Program-made: the position numbers and the translations under genes
Source of the DNA: Octopus vulgaris
Lineage: Eukaryota
Reading direction: 5' to 3'
Assembly (NCBI GenBank): GCA_951406725.2
Contig: OX597831.1
Span: 47,244,001-47,308,000, forward strand
Length of the DNA: 64,000 bases
Notes under the pieces: generated by a model
Told to the model about the DNA's origin: nothing
Database searches by the model: none
What the model saw: the letters and a program-made list of their open reading frames with translations, nothing else
In this document: positions 37,883 through 50,467 of the stretch, in pieces
Numbering within the stretch: position 1 is the first letter of the stretch
Layout of the letters: every line of letters starts with the position of its first letter

Positions 37883-38871
37883 TATTATTTTAAATTGTAA
37901 TAGGAGTATAGGGGATTGATCGAATTATAAGAATAGTGGACAACATACCTTACTGTATTCATTCCGTCTCCTTTCTGGGTTCAGATTCTGCTGAGGTCAA
38001 CTTCAACTTTAATTCTCTTGGGGTCAGTAAAATATAATACCAATGAAATATTGGGGTAGATTTCATCAACAGGTCCCCTCTTCACAGTTTTTGCCCATGG
38101 ACTTTTGCCTATGTTAGAAATAAATATTAATTGCAAAAGATTATGGATGTTAAAAGTAGGAGAATGCCAGATCAAATTTTTTGTGGTGGTTACTTGTCTT
38201 TTTATTACATGATTTCATGTCTCAATGATGCTGACAATATTCTTTTTTTTTTTTTTTGTCCCTAGGGTAGCGATAAATAATATCAATCAAGTACCGAGAG
38301 AAATAATATTAATAATAATTATTATCATTGTTATTGTTAAGGTGGCAAGCTGGCAGAATTGTTAGCACGCCGGACAAAATGCTGCTAAGCATTTCATCTG
38401 TCTTTACATTCTGAGTTCAAATGCTACCAAGGTCGACTTTGCCTTTCATCCTTTTACAGTTGATAAAAAAGTACCAGTTGAGCACTAGGGATCAATGTGC
38501 TAGGCTTACTCCCTCCCCTGAAATCCTGGCCTTGTGCCAAAATTTGAGACCAATATTTTTATTAGTATCGTTAACAATTTCTTTAATATATTCACTGATT
38601 GATATTTTTTATTTGTCACAATAATTATTTTAATTTAGACTCTTTTTCTAACCTTCAGAGATCATGAAATCCTTTCCATTTATATTTTTTGTTTTTGCAT
38701 TATGATTAATCATGCTTTTAACTTAACGCAGCCTTCCAGGGAAAAAAAAGAAAGAAAAGCCACATACTATTTTTAGTATGTTGAATGCTTATTCAAAAAT
38801 CAAGTGAGAAAGTCTATTCTATAGATTCCTTTTTAAATGAAAGCTTAATTTCGCTGCTCTCACATGTTCAG

Positions 38872-39075
38872 GATGGCACTTCAATGGTATCAGCAAGTTC
38901 TTCACAAACAAAAGCCAGATGGAATATAACAAATATTTTCAAAAGTCTTGGTGGTAACGTGATTTCCACACCATCTCCAGACAACACTGAGAGCAAACAA
39001 AACCAAAACCAAAACCAGAAACAGAACTATGAAGAACAGTTTGATGTTAAGGGTGTTGAAGAATACAATGGAGAG
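38872..39075 (+). CDS. Candidate linker exon L2, 204 nt, phase 0-0 (DGTSMVSASSSQTKARWNITNIFKS...GVEEYNGE)
   Basis: gttcag| and GAG|gtgaga. 68 open codons with a (QN) low-complexity stretch. Confidence 0.75.
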
Positions 39076-39574
39076 GTGAGATTTCTATTTAAAACCAAAC
39101 CTTTTAAAACTAGCTTTTACTGTCTGTCACATCACAATTGTTTCCATTTTGGTTGTTTCTTCTATTTATTTCAATTTAATTATTTTAAAATTATTTCTTT
39201 ATATATTAGTTATTCTCTCATTAATGTCAAGTTCACGAGGATCCAGTATTTTAGCCTTTGTTTTCGTTTTTGATTGGAGTCTTTTTATTTCATTTACACT
39301 GTTATAAAGATGTCTTGGGAAAGCACTTAAATATTTCAATCACTTTTGGGGAAAAAAATTTTTTAAGTCTCCAGTTTTGGATCCATTTGAGAATGTAATG
39401 ATTTCTTTTACATATAAAGGGTTTCTTTTTTTTCTGTTCTAAACGTGCATGAAACTATAATGAGTCTATCTGAAAACATATATTTGGTTTAAAAAATTAA
39501 TTATGATTAATTATCTGTATTTAAGAACAGTGCTTTAAGCAAATGTCTTGACTGAGTCAAATAAAGATGCAGTC

Positions 39575-41348
39575 TTTCAGAGGTATCAAGCTGTTGGACC
39601 AGGTGATGAAGGTTACGAAGAGGGTCATAGCCCAACTAATTAGAGAGAGAGTTAGTTTAGATGAGATGCAGTTTGGGTTTGTGCCAGGGAAAAGTACTAC
39701 TGATGCTATATTCCTGGTAAGGCAGCTGCAGGAGAAATACCTAGCCAAAGATAAGCCCCTGTACCTGGCTTTTGTTGACATGGAGAAAGCCTTTGACAGG
39801 GTCCCCCGATCCCTTATCTGGTGGGCAATGAGGAAACTAGGGATAGATGAATGGTTAGTGAGAGCTGTGCGGGCCATGTATAAGTAGGAAGGTAGACAGT
39901 AATCAGTAGGAAGGTAGACAAATCACAAACACCTTCAGGTAGATGGCCCTGCTCGATCTGTAGAAAAGGTGTAGGTAGAAACTCTATAAGATGCACCAAG
40001 TGTAAGCTATGGACACATAAGAGATGCAGCAATGTCAAAGGAAGGCTAACTAGGAAGATGGTTTTTGTATGTGGCAGATGCTCAGGAACAATAAACACTG
40101 AAAATGCTCTGAGACCAACTTCCGTCACTTTCCAGGGAGAAAAACTAGAAATAGTTGATAGTTTCCGTTACCTAGGTGACCAAGTCAGCAGCGGGGGCGG
40201 GTGTGCTGAAAGTGTAACTGCTAGAGTAAGAATAGCTTGGGCAAAGTTCAGAGAGCTCTTACCTCTGCTGGTGACAAAAGGCCTCTCGCACAGAGTGAAA
40301 GGCAGACTGTATGATGCGTGTGTACGAACAGCCATGCTACATGGCAGTGAAACATGGGCCGTGACTGCTGAGGATATGCGTAAGCTCGCTAGAAATGAAG
40401 CCAGTATGCTCTGATGGATGTGTAATGCCGGTACTCACACTCGGCAGAGTGTAAGTACCTTGAGAGAAAAGCTGGACCTAAGAAGCATCAGTTGTGGTGT
40501 GCAAGAGAGACGTTTGCGCTGGTATGGTCATGTGGCGAGAATGGATGAAGATAGTTGTGTGAAAAAGTGCCACACCCTAGCAGTTGAGGGAACCTGTGGA
40601 AGAGGCAGACCCAGGAAAACCTGGGACGAGGTGGTGAAGCACGACCTTCGAACTTTAGGTCTCACTGAGGAAATGACTAGAGACCGAGACCTCTGGAAGT
40701 GTGCTGTGCGCGAGAAGACCCGGCAGGACAAGTGAGTCCATAACCCGTGGCCTTCTACATGGGATGGAGCCGGCCTACGTATGCATACCTTCCCTTCTTG
40801 GGACACAAAACTCTACTTGTGAAGACGTGTTGAGGCAAGTGAGGATCAGAATCGAAATCGATCAATGGAAATTGCGGATGTGCTACCAGTGCCGGTGGCA
40901 TGTCAAAACTCTGCTTGTGAAGACCCGTTGAGGCAAGTGAGGATCAGAATCGAAATCGATCAATGGAAATCGATCAATGGAAATTGCAGATGTGTTACCT
41001 GTGCTGGTGGCATGTAAGAGAACTTTCCGTTTCGCGACCGTTGCCAGCACCGCCCCGTTTCGTGTCCGTTGCCAGCCTCGCCTGGCCCTCGTGCCGGTGG
41101 CACATAAAAAGCACCATCCGTTCGTGGCCGTTTGCCAGCTCTGTCTGGCACCAGTGCGGGTGGCACGTAAAAAGCACCCACTACACTCACGGAGTGGTTG
41201 GCGTTAGGAAGGGCATCCAGCCGTAGAAACACTGCCAGATTTGACTGGGCCTGATGAAGCCTTCTGGCTTCACAGACCCCAGTAGAACCGTCCAACCCAT
41301 GCTAGCATGGAAAACGGACGCTAAACGATGATGATGATGATGATGATG
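39575..41348 (+). mobile_element. 5'-truncated, internally deleted RTE-clade LINE (RT fragments, PHD-like finger, 3' UTR, (GAT)n tail)
   Basis: RGIKLL...QFGF...STTDAIF...FVDMEKAFDRV; FRYLG; RLRWYGHVARM; RGRPRKTW. In-frame TGA at 40412-40414 where MLRW is expected (CGA>TGA). Ends in GAT repeats. No TSD found. Confidence 0.92.
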
Positions 41349-42799
41349 TGACACCTGTTATTCTTGTTTAGCTATGATTGAATAGAACTATAATCAAAGG
41401 CATTCCAAACATGACCATTTTGTCTTTCTAGATGTTTCCAGGACTACATAATTTAATTATCCTTTCCAGAATTTAATTTGGGGCAGATATGGCTACTATT
41501 TATAATAGGTTGACTATGTACAAACTTCCTTGTTGTTGGCTCATAAGGCGTGTTTGGAGTTCATCATTGTTATCATCAAATTATATCATAACAAGGAACT
41601 TTGCATTGTACAAGTCTATTGCCAAAGAATGTAGAAAAGTTGTTTAAAAAAAAGTTTGAAAAGAAAAATGGTGATGGTGGTGGTGGTGGTGGTGGTTGCC
41701 GCCGTCGTCGTCATGGTTGTGGTGGTAGTCATTGTAGTAGTTGTTTCCTGCTAGTATCAGAGTACAATTTATGGGGGGGGGAACCGTTTAAAAATGCCCT
41801 CATCCCATGTTAAGCTATTTGACATTATATGCTTTTTCTGGTGGAAAGAGGATTGGTAGAATCAACTGAATGAGAGATAAAATGCCCTCTGGCATTTGGA
41901 TGCATAGCTTTACGTTCTGAGTTCAAACTCTGTTGAGGTCAACTTTACCTTTCATCTTTCAGAGTAGGGAAACAGGTTTGATAAAATAAATACCCGTTGA
42001 GGGCTGATGTCAATGTAATCATCTTTACTTGTTCCTCACAGTTTAGGCCTTGTAATTTTGTTTGTAACTAATATTAGATACTTTGGAACAAATAAATGTA
42101 GTATCATTAATATATTCCGGCTTTATCCCATTCAAATATGGAATAAACTGGTTTGCTGTAAGGAAGAGGAATTATCTAGCATTTTAAGCAATGCTCTTCA
42201 TTTATTATAACCTCTCCCTCACCTACCCCCTGATGAGGTGGGTACTGTCTTGTGGCCAAAAATCTATAGGTTGTATTAATTTAATCAACATCCTTAGGTC
42301 ATTTTGCATATTGTGTCTCTATTTAAAGTATGGTCAGAAGATATGTCTGTTAATTGAATAGACAAAGCTATATACAAACTCACTTTCTATATAAACCTTC
42401 TCTTTTATTTAGATATTCATTATGTGGACATCATACATTCGATGGTGAATGGATAGTTTTTGATTATATGATTGTAGCCACTTGTAGTCCAAGGAAGACT
42501 GTCCTACAATTTCTTTCTAAAGTCCTGCACAAATAATTTGTTTACAGTGATCAAAATTTTGTGTGATATAAGCTCACTTCCCCCATCAAATTAACATGGC
42601 CTGAACAGGTGTATGGTGTACCACATGTCAGATGTTGAAGTGATTTTAGAGTGGCATGAGATGTAGTGCTTTGCTCAAGAACACAATGCACCACATAGTT
42701 CAGGAGTTGAAACCACAGTCTCATGATTGTACCCTCACTTTTGACTTTTATGTATAGTGAATAGCTTTATAATAAAATAATAATGAAATTATTGTATAC

Positions 42800-43092
42800 A
42801 GTGCTCAGGTGCACCACAACTTGTCAAAAAGTGCGTATAAAGTATATGCAGTAATGTACAAATGCCTGGAAAGCGAACAGTGTATAAGTCAGATACATGC
42901 TTGCGTGTGTATGGAGGGGAGAAAATCAGGTGTAGTGTTGGCGAATCTCAGGAAGCATGGAAGTTTTGAAGGATGCAGTGCTCCGACAACTAACAACTGA
43001 TACCGGCAGTTTGTTCCATACTTCAGCAACTCTTAGCGTGAAAAAATGTTTCTGAAAGTCATGGGAGCTGTGCTGTTTTCTGACTTTGTAAT
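42800..43092 (-). mobile_element. CR1-type LINE 3' end
   Basis: Minus strand reads FFTLRVAEVWNKLPVSVVSCRSTASFKTSM, followed by a 3' UTR. Confidence 0.8.
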
Positions 43093-44137
43093 CTGACTTT
43101 AGATAATATCTTTCCAGTTACTGTCCACATAATACCTCTTATAAGCTGTATCACAAACCAACACTGAAGGATGTATTTGTTCACTTTAAATAAATTGAAG
43201 CCAAATCCCCCTCAAATCACACCATTACTTAAGCTCTTCTCTTTGCTCTTTATGGAGCATAGGCTTTCTATGACTTTTCCCTACTATTCTCACTTCTGAG
43301 TTGTCAGGGCCACTCACTCAGTGTGGGTGAGGGTCACCATATTTTCCATGAGGGAAGGCCTTTTTCTCCCAGGTCTTGTTGGTTTTGAATTGTAATCAAT
43401 GGTTCTGTAATCTGGCTTTTTTGTGTAGGTGGGGTTGATGACTTCATTGCAAACCTTTTTTGGGGTGGGGGGTGGGGAAGGTGATCCTTATAAGTCTGGC
43501 CTCTATTCTTTGATTTGTCTAGCATAGAAAGCCCTACTAGGAGCTTGTGATCTGTTGGCATAGCTCTCAGAGTGACTGAGGAACATAAGCCACCACACTG
43601 CAACAAGAACTAAACCTTGTGGTGGCAAATCATATCATACTGTCTTTAAAAAAAAAAAAAGTGGCAAGGGGGCACAACACATTTGATAATGTAATCCTAG
43701 ATATACTATGTCTCAGAAAAAAAACAACTAGATGGTCATGACTGGAATGCCTTTGGTCTTCAGATTTTACAATTAGGGTTGACCTATTAAACAGAAACAG
43801 TCTGTATCAAATTGACATTTGTAAGCTGTGTATAATAATTTTCCATCTCTTACTAGTGTCTGTTAATGTTTTAGTCATTGACTGTATCTATCTATCCAGT
43901 CAATGTCTGTGAGTCTTCCCCATCCAATTGATGGCATGAAGACTGTGGTTATCAGGAGAATTCCTGTCAGTTGAAGAAGGAATTCGAGTTGCAGTCATTT
44001 TGGAACATACTTATTCATTAGTACCAAGATCTGCCAACATATGGTTTGGTGATCATCTCTTTAAGTATCTTCATAACTCTGGTTTTTGTTTTTTTAATCC
44101 TAAATACTATATTATAAATACATACACACACACACAC

Positions 44138-44168
<31 letters not shown>

Positions 44169-45588
44169 CTGTCTATGTAAATCTACATGCATTCATATGT
44201 GTAAAAAGATGCATAAACAATTCTGTATCCCATTTTTTGTGTTCCTTGCAAAGTCATTCCCTTTTTATATTCCCATTTTGCTCAGATGCAACTATTTAAG
44301 AATACTTATTTCACTGAGTTAACAAGAGTTGAAACAAACACGCATTAAACACACACATATTTATGCTCACACACACAGACACACACACACATACATACAT
44401 ACATACATGCATATGAAGGCTCTGTTTTCTAACTGCACATGTTTAGTGGTGAAAATGATGAAGAGAACCACTCATTAAGCTCATATCACAGACATATTAG
44501 AATACCACCTCAACCTAAATGTTGTAACTTATGAATCAGCTGTAGGATTGGGTTTTAAATTACACTGCACACAAAGTATTGAATGACCTGACAAGCATTA
44601 CCAATGCAAGGAGGGAGTTGGAGAAGGCACATAATTAAATTTACAGATTTAAATCTATAAAAAAAAAAAATGTCAGAGACACTGAACATTAATTGCTATT
44701 TTTTGTTTGTTTTTATTTTTATTCACATTCTTCTTTTATCTTATCTTCTTCTTCACTATTACATTGTTATATTGCATCATCTGTCGTTTGACTCAAGAAT
44801 GATGCCTCTGGGTGGTTTATTGTTGTTATTATTGTTATTTTTGCTTCGCTGCCAATGTGGTGTTTTTCTTTTTTCTTTTTCTTTTTTTTGTACTACCTCA
44901 GATTTAGCAACTGGGTTGGTTTTTTTTTTTTTTTTTTTTTTTTTCAGGTCACACACATAGTCTAAGTGTGGAGTCATATTGTTTGTTTAGTTAGAAAGAA
45001 CAATTTTGGCATTTGATATAGTTTTACCCCCTTTTTTTCCCCTCCCCATCTCTCATTCTCTCCATCTCATCTGAATGAGATTTCCCTAGTATTTCCTAAT
45101 TTTAAGACAAAAATGATGAGAGATGAAAAATAAAATTTAAAAAATTTTTTTATATTTTGTGGGAAAATGTCTATGAGCCATTGTTAGAACAGAAGTGTTG
45201 ACTTGATAAATGGAAGGGATTAAGAAAAATATTATATTATGGAAGGTTTTTTTTTTTGTTTCTTTGTTTTATTGGATTAGGGTTAGATTTCACTCTGATG
45301 ATTAAAATTTGATTTTTGTTCCTCTTTGTTTCAAAGGATTTTGTTATTTTACCTTTCCCTCTCACTCATTAATCGAGTTAATTTGATAAACAGTTAAGTC
45401 TTTTCAAATCTTACGTGAAATGTATGGTGGAAATTTTAGAGCGAGTGATAGAAATTCCTTGTAAGCTTACAGCTTTGTTGGAAGTGTTCACTGTAAAGTC
45501 TCGTTAATAAATAAACAAGGTGTCATATATATGATACTTTGTGGAATTAATGTTGTTCTTTCTCTCTCTTTTAATTCATGATTCTCAT

Positions 45589-45622
<34 letters not shown>

Positions 45623-46375
45623 GTGCTCTCTGTGTTGAAATCTTGACCTTCTCAACAACTGCACGTGTGATTGATTGTTGCAGCATGCATATAAACTAGC
45701 ATGGAATCCGTTTCCGAAGCATGTGTTCACTTCAGCATTGTGCTTGCATGTTTTCCTTCAAATTCTAATTGAAAATAATAATCTTAATACATTCTTTTCT
45801 CTTTGATTCATTTGAATTTTTTTCTTCTTTTTCTTTTAAATTTCTATAGGCAGTTTAGCTGCAATTTTTTTTTTTTTTTTCTGCAAAAACAAATTTCGGT
45901 TTTAATATTTGCCTAAATCTTTATTTCTTACTGGCAAATTTGTATTCTTACTTCACTTTAATTTCTTTTTTTATTTTCTTTTCTATATCTTGTATTCATT
46001 CATATGCTTTCTTTATAATCTCTTTCTCTTTCTCTCTGAAATTCTTTCCTTGAATCTTTTCTTTTGCCACATTCACACATACACAGACATGTACATAACA
46101 AACACAAGATTAATACATAACTCACACATACACATTCTTCATCTTAAGAAATTGTAATTGAAATACATCTCATAGTGCTGCACCAGAAATCTTTCCCCCA
46201 TTAGTTTTGTTAGATCCTTAATATCACAATGTGTGTCTTTGCCAACAACATCAATGCAGAAGTTTCCAAAATTTAACATTTGATATAGCGTGTTGTTAAG
46301 TATGATAGTAGTGGCCAGCAAAGCCTACCCTGTTTTGAGCAACAATAGTAGAGGTAGGAATAATGTATCCGAGTG

Positions 46376-46748
46376 CCTGTGTGGTAAGTAGCTTGCTTAC
46401 CAACCACATGGTTCTGGGTTCAGTCCCACTGTGTGGCACCTTGGGCAAGTGTCTTCCACTATAGCCTGGGGCCTACCAAAGCCTTGTGAGTGGATTTGGT
46501 TGACAGAAACTGAAAGAAGCCCATCGTATATGGGTATGTGTGTGTGTGTTTGTCCCCCCCAACATTGCTTGACAACCGATGCTGGTGTGTTTATGTCCCT
46601 GTAACTTAGCGGTTCGGCAAAAGAGACCGATAGAATAAGTACTAGGCATACAAAGAATAAGTCCTGGGGTCGATTTGCTCGACTAAAGGCGGTACTCAGC
46701 ATGGTCGCAGTCAAATGACTGAAACAAGTAAAAGAGTAAAAGAGTAAA
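46376..46748 (+). mobile_element. SINE family B
   Basis: Full copy ending in aaaagagt repeats. Confidence 0.88.
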
Positions 46749-46759
46749 ATCTCTCTGGT

Positions 46760-47135
46760 CTTGTGCTTATGCCATGAGATGTTTTTAAGCCATCATGAGA
46801 AGCATTGTATATGTATCTTGAAAGTGATCAGGAAGCTTCCTACACATGTTGGGAAGAAAGCAAATCTTGCTCACTTCAGAATACATATATTACCATTAGA
46901 TGGTTTGAAATTTGTTACAGGCTCTTCAGGTTGCTCCCCTGTGTATAAGGAAATCTTTCTAACTGTCAGCAACATAGGAGTCAAAGTATTTGAAAGCACT
47001 AACTTCTCTGAACTGTGTGCCTTCATTGCAACAAATTGGCTGGTGGCTTTCATCTTCATTGATGGTCACGTATTCAATTTTCTTTATATTGAGAGACAGA
47101 CTGACTTTGGTCACAGTATTCTCAAGGGAGGCTAG
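46760..47135 (-). mobile_element. Degraded LINE RT C-terminal fragment
   Basis: Minus-strand VSLSLNIKKI and AFKYFDSYV, resembling GLxINxxKT and FxYLGS. Confidence 0.55.
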
Positions 47136-48747
47136 CATGTCTTACACATATGTAACTTCCTTGCACTTCTGTCATCAGGTTAACAAATGACCTGTTGTAA
47201 CTTGACAAGCACTTGCCACTCTGATTGATCTTGATCACTTCTCAGCTGGTAGTAAATGGGTTGTTTTATGTTATTAGCTCATTGTTTATGTGATCTTCTA
47301 CACCAACAAATCCTCGGGGTACTACCAAGTATGATGATTCATTAAGGGCTATTGAGAGGCTGATGGTAAATATTGTTAAAATCTAATGTAAATATCAGAT
47401 TTGTGGGTCATCCAGAGCATATCTTACAATGTTTCCAAATACCATAGTGTTTTATATTATAACATATCTTAATGATGTAATAAAAATTCCCTCTGATCAC
47501 TGTGGTAGTGACAATGACAATGATGATGATGATAGTTTTGATGTGCATATGAAGCTAAAATGATGATGATAATGCTGCTGCTAGTTTAGTGTTATATATA
47601 ATAACATACTTTAGTGTTTATAATAGAAACTCCCTCTATTACAATGGTGGTAATGTTTATGTACATAAGATACTGTACATAAGGTACTCTACAAATATAA
47701 ACTGTAAAGTAAATGTTTAAAATTTTTTTATACCTAGCTTAGTCAGAGGAGGAAGGGCTGTGCTCATGGCCGTTTTTCAGGACCACTAGGACTGGTGGGT
47801 TGGAAGAAAATTGTTTCTCTTCAGACCAGAGATCTAGCCCCAAATGCTTCCTACAGAATGCACTCTGTCAATGGCACTCAACGACCAAATGGTAGCATTA
47901 TACTGGGTGACAGATTAAGTCTAACACATAAGAACATGAACAGTCTCTTAAACAAGCTCACATAATCTCTGTCTTAGAATAAAACTTTTAAACTTCTGAA
48001 ACTAATTGTAAAAGCATAAATACATTTTATAAGCTATTGCTTCAGTATTTGCTAGAGCAGAAAAAGAATTAGTTTAGCCTCATGAAAGAAATAATAATAA
48101 TCTTATAGTTACAGAGAATAAAATAACTTCCTAATGACACAGGGGAATCACAATTCTCAGTACCAGATGCAGGGGTCTCAGGTGGGTGTTCATTCCTTAA
48201 ATAGATCAAATTGATTTCTGCATAAACCTGTAGCAGCTTATAAAAGCAGTAGCGGTGTTTATCTGTGATATATCCCGAATGTCAGTAAGGTGTGAAAATA
48301 GGTGGTAGAAGCCATATGGAAGGTATTTATTAGAATATATTAAAAAAAAATCTATTGTTACTTGAGAACATTATGTAGACCATGAGAAATAATATTTCCA
48401 AATATCTATCCTGTTTTAGAATAGCTTTGAAATTGGTAGAGAGCCAGTACATTTATGGCATCTTGTTCCAATACCGCAGTGTTTTGAATTTACATATTGT
48501 CTGGGTTAATTACTTTTTATTATTTCCAGAGCTGTTTATAAAATGTGTACTAATAATACTAGCAATAAGCTAGTGTTAATTCAATTGAATAAGTCTCCAC
48601 CAACCCTACAAAATTTGCCCTATAATAAAAAGAAATGATTCTAGAAATGTACAATGAGCTTGTGCTATTTTCTTGGTGGCAATTGGAAAACTGAAGCAAC
48701 AATAAAAATTGATTATTCTGTATTTTATATACAGGCTTAAGTATGAA

Positions 48748-49141
48748 TGTGTGGTAAGAAACTTGCTTACTAACCGCATGGTTCCAGGTTCAGTCCCGAT
48801 GTGTGACACCTTGGGCAAGAGTCTTCTACTATAGCCTTGGGCTGACCAGCACCTTGTGAATGGATATGGTACACAGAAACTGAAAGAAGACTATATACAT
48901 GTGTGTATCTTTGTGTTGCAGTTTGCTCCCCCCACTACCACCACCACTGCTTGATAACTGATGTTGTTGTGTTGACATCCCTGTAACTAAGCAGTTCAGC
49001 AAAAAAGACTGATAAAATAAGTACCAGGCTTTAAAAAAAAAAAGCACTGGAGTTAATTCATTCAACTAAAACTTCTTCAAGGTAATGCCCCAGCATGGCC
49101 ACAGGCTAATGACTGAAGCAAGTTAAAGATAAAAGATAAAA
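48748..49141 (+). mobile_element. SINE family B
   Basis: Homologous to 46376-46748. Confidence 0.85.
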
Positions 49142-49504
49142 ATATTATCTTTGCAAATTTGAACAAGTTCATACACAATGGAGAGACAAGGGTCTTCGTT
49201 TCAAGCAAAGCCTTTTGTTGCAGAAAGAATTATTTGAAACGTTTATGGTAACATTGAAAATAGAATTTTTCTTTGTTCCTCTCCAATGGACCCTCTCTCT
49301 GCAACATTCAAACTAATCCATATTTGTGAATGATTTTCACCAACAAGGACCACTATTAGTTTTCTAAAACTCTGAGTTGTATAATAAATTATATACTAAC
49401 TTCAATATCTTTTGACAGTTTCTCAAAGTGGTCTGAAGGAGAAAATAAGCAGTGCATTCATTTATCATGTATGGTCATAGAACTGGTTCTAAAATAAATA
49501 ATGG

Positions 49505-49900
49505 CATCAAATTTTGGCACAAGGGTAGCAATTTTAGTGTAGGGTTAAGTTGATTACATTGACCCCAGTGCTCAACTGGTACTTATTTTATCAACCCTGA
49601 AAGGATGAAAAACCAAGTCAACCTAGGCGCTTAGTGGTATTTCGTCTATCGTTACGTCCTGAGTTCAAATTCCGCCGAGGTCGACTTTGCCTTTCATCCT
49701 TTCTGGGTCGATAAATTAAGTACCAGTTACGCACTGGGGTCGATGTAATCGACTTAATCCCTTTGTCCTCGTTTGTCCCCTCTATGTTTAGCTCCTTGTG
49801 GGCAATAAAGAAATAAGAATTTGAACTCAGAATATAAAGAGCCAAGAGCCAGAATAAATGCTACTGTGTGCCAGCCATTCTACTAATTTTCTGCCTTACT
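49505..49900. mobile_element. + strand SINE A nested within a - strand SINE A
   Basis: The minus copy is interrupted at about 49628 and resumes at about 49817 (gaatttgaactcagaa). Confidence 0.8.
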
Positions 49901-50261
49901 TTTAAAATAGGGATGACAGAACCAGAATAGATTTCATGGAATAATTGAATAGCTCTTAGAGAATTTATGAAAACAACTACAAATTGATCTAACTGCTTGA
50001 TAATCTGACCATTATGAACCATACTTTGATTTAGCTACAAAAGTGGAAGGAAGAGGTTCAGGCAGTATTTCCTAAGCTTGTCTGAAATCCTTCCATCTAC
50101 TTTGGTAACTGAATCAAAATATGGTTTTTCTTAGTCACATTATTACTCAGTTTGTAGTTCTTTTCATAAATTTAAGAGCTATTCAGTTATTGAGTATCTT
50201 CATTGATGAACTAGAACTAGAAAAATAAATGTTAAAATAAACTATTAAAGGCTGGGATAAA

Positions 50262-50467
50262 TAATTATGTGATTTATATATTTTAATAATTAATTATGGG
50301 ATTTATATATTTTAATAATTAATTATGGGATTTATATATTTTAATAATTAATTATGGGATTTATATATTTTAATAATTAATTATGGGATTTATATATTTT
50401 AATAATTAATTATGGGATTTATATATTTTAATAATTAATTATGGGATTTATATATTTTAGTAATTAA
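50262..50467. repeat. 29-bp minisatellite, about 7 near-perfect copies
   Basis: Unit taattaattatgggatttatatattttaa. Confidence 0.95.

Noticed and set aside
38785-39273. 162-aa ORF as a standalone gene
   Set aside because: Only 38872-39075 looks coding and is bounded by splice sites; the flanks are intron read-through.
44891-44900. Reverse complement of let-7 nucleotides 1-10
   Set aside because: No precursor hairpin and no match beyond 10 nt, so it is not a let-7 gene. A chance match is plausible in 64 kb.
45423-45466. Possible microexon or first exon ending at cctt|gtaagc
   Set aside because: The 21-nt version contains in-frame stops, the 9-nt version lacks a pyrimidine tract, and the ATG version ends in phase 1.
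50262-50467. Regular 29-bp repeat that might suggest a CRISPR array
   Set aside because: Head-to-tail units with no unique spacers, no cas genes, and a eukaryotic intron context.
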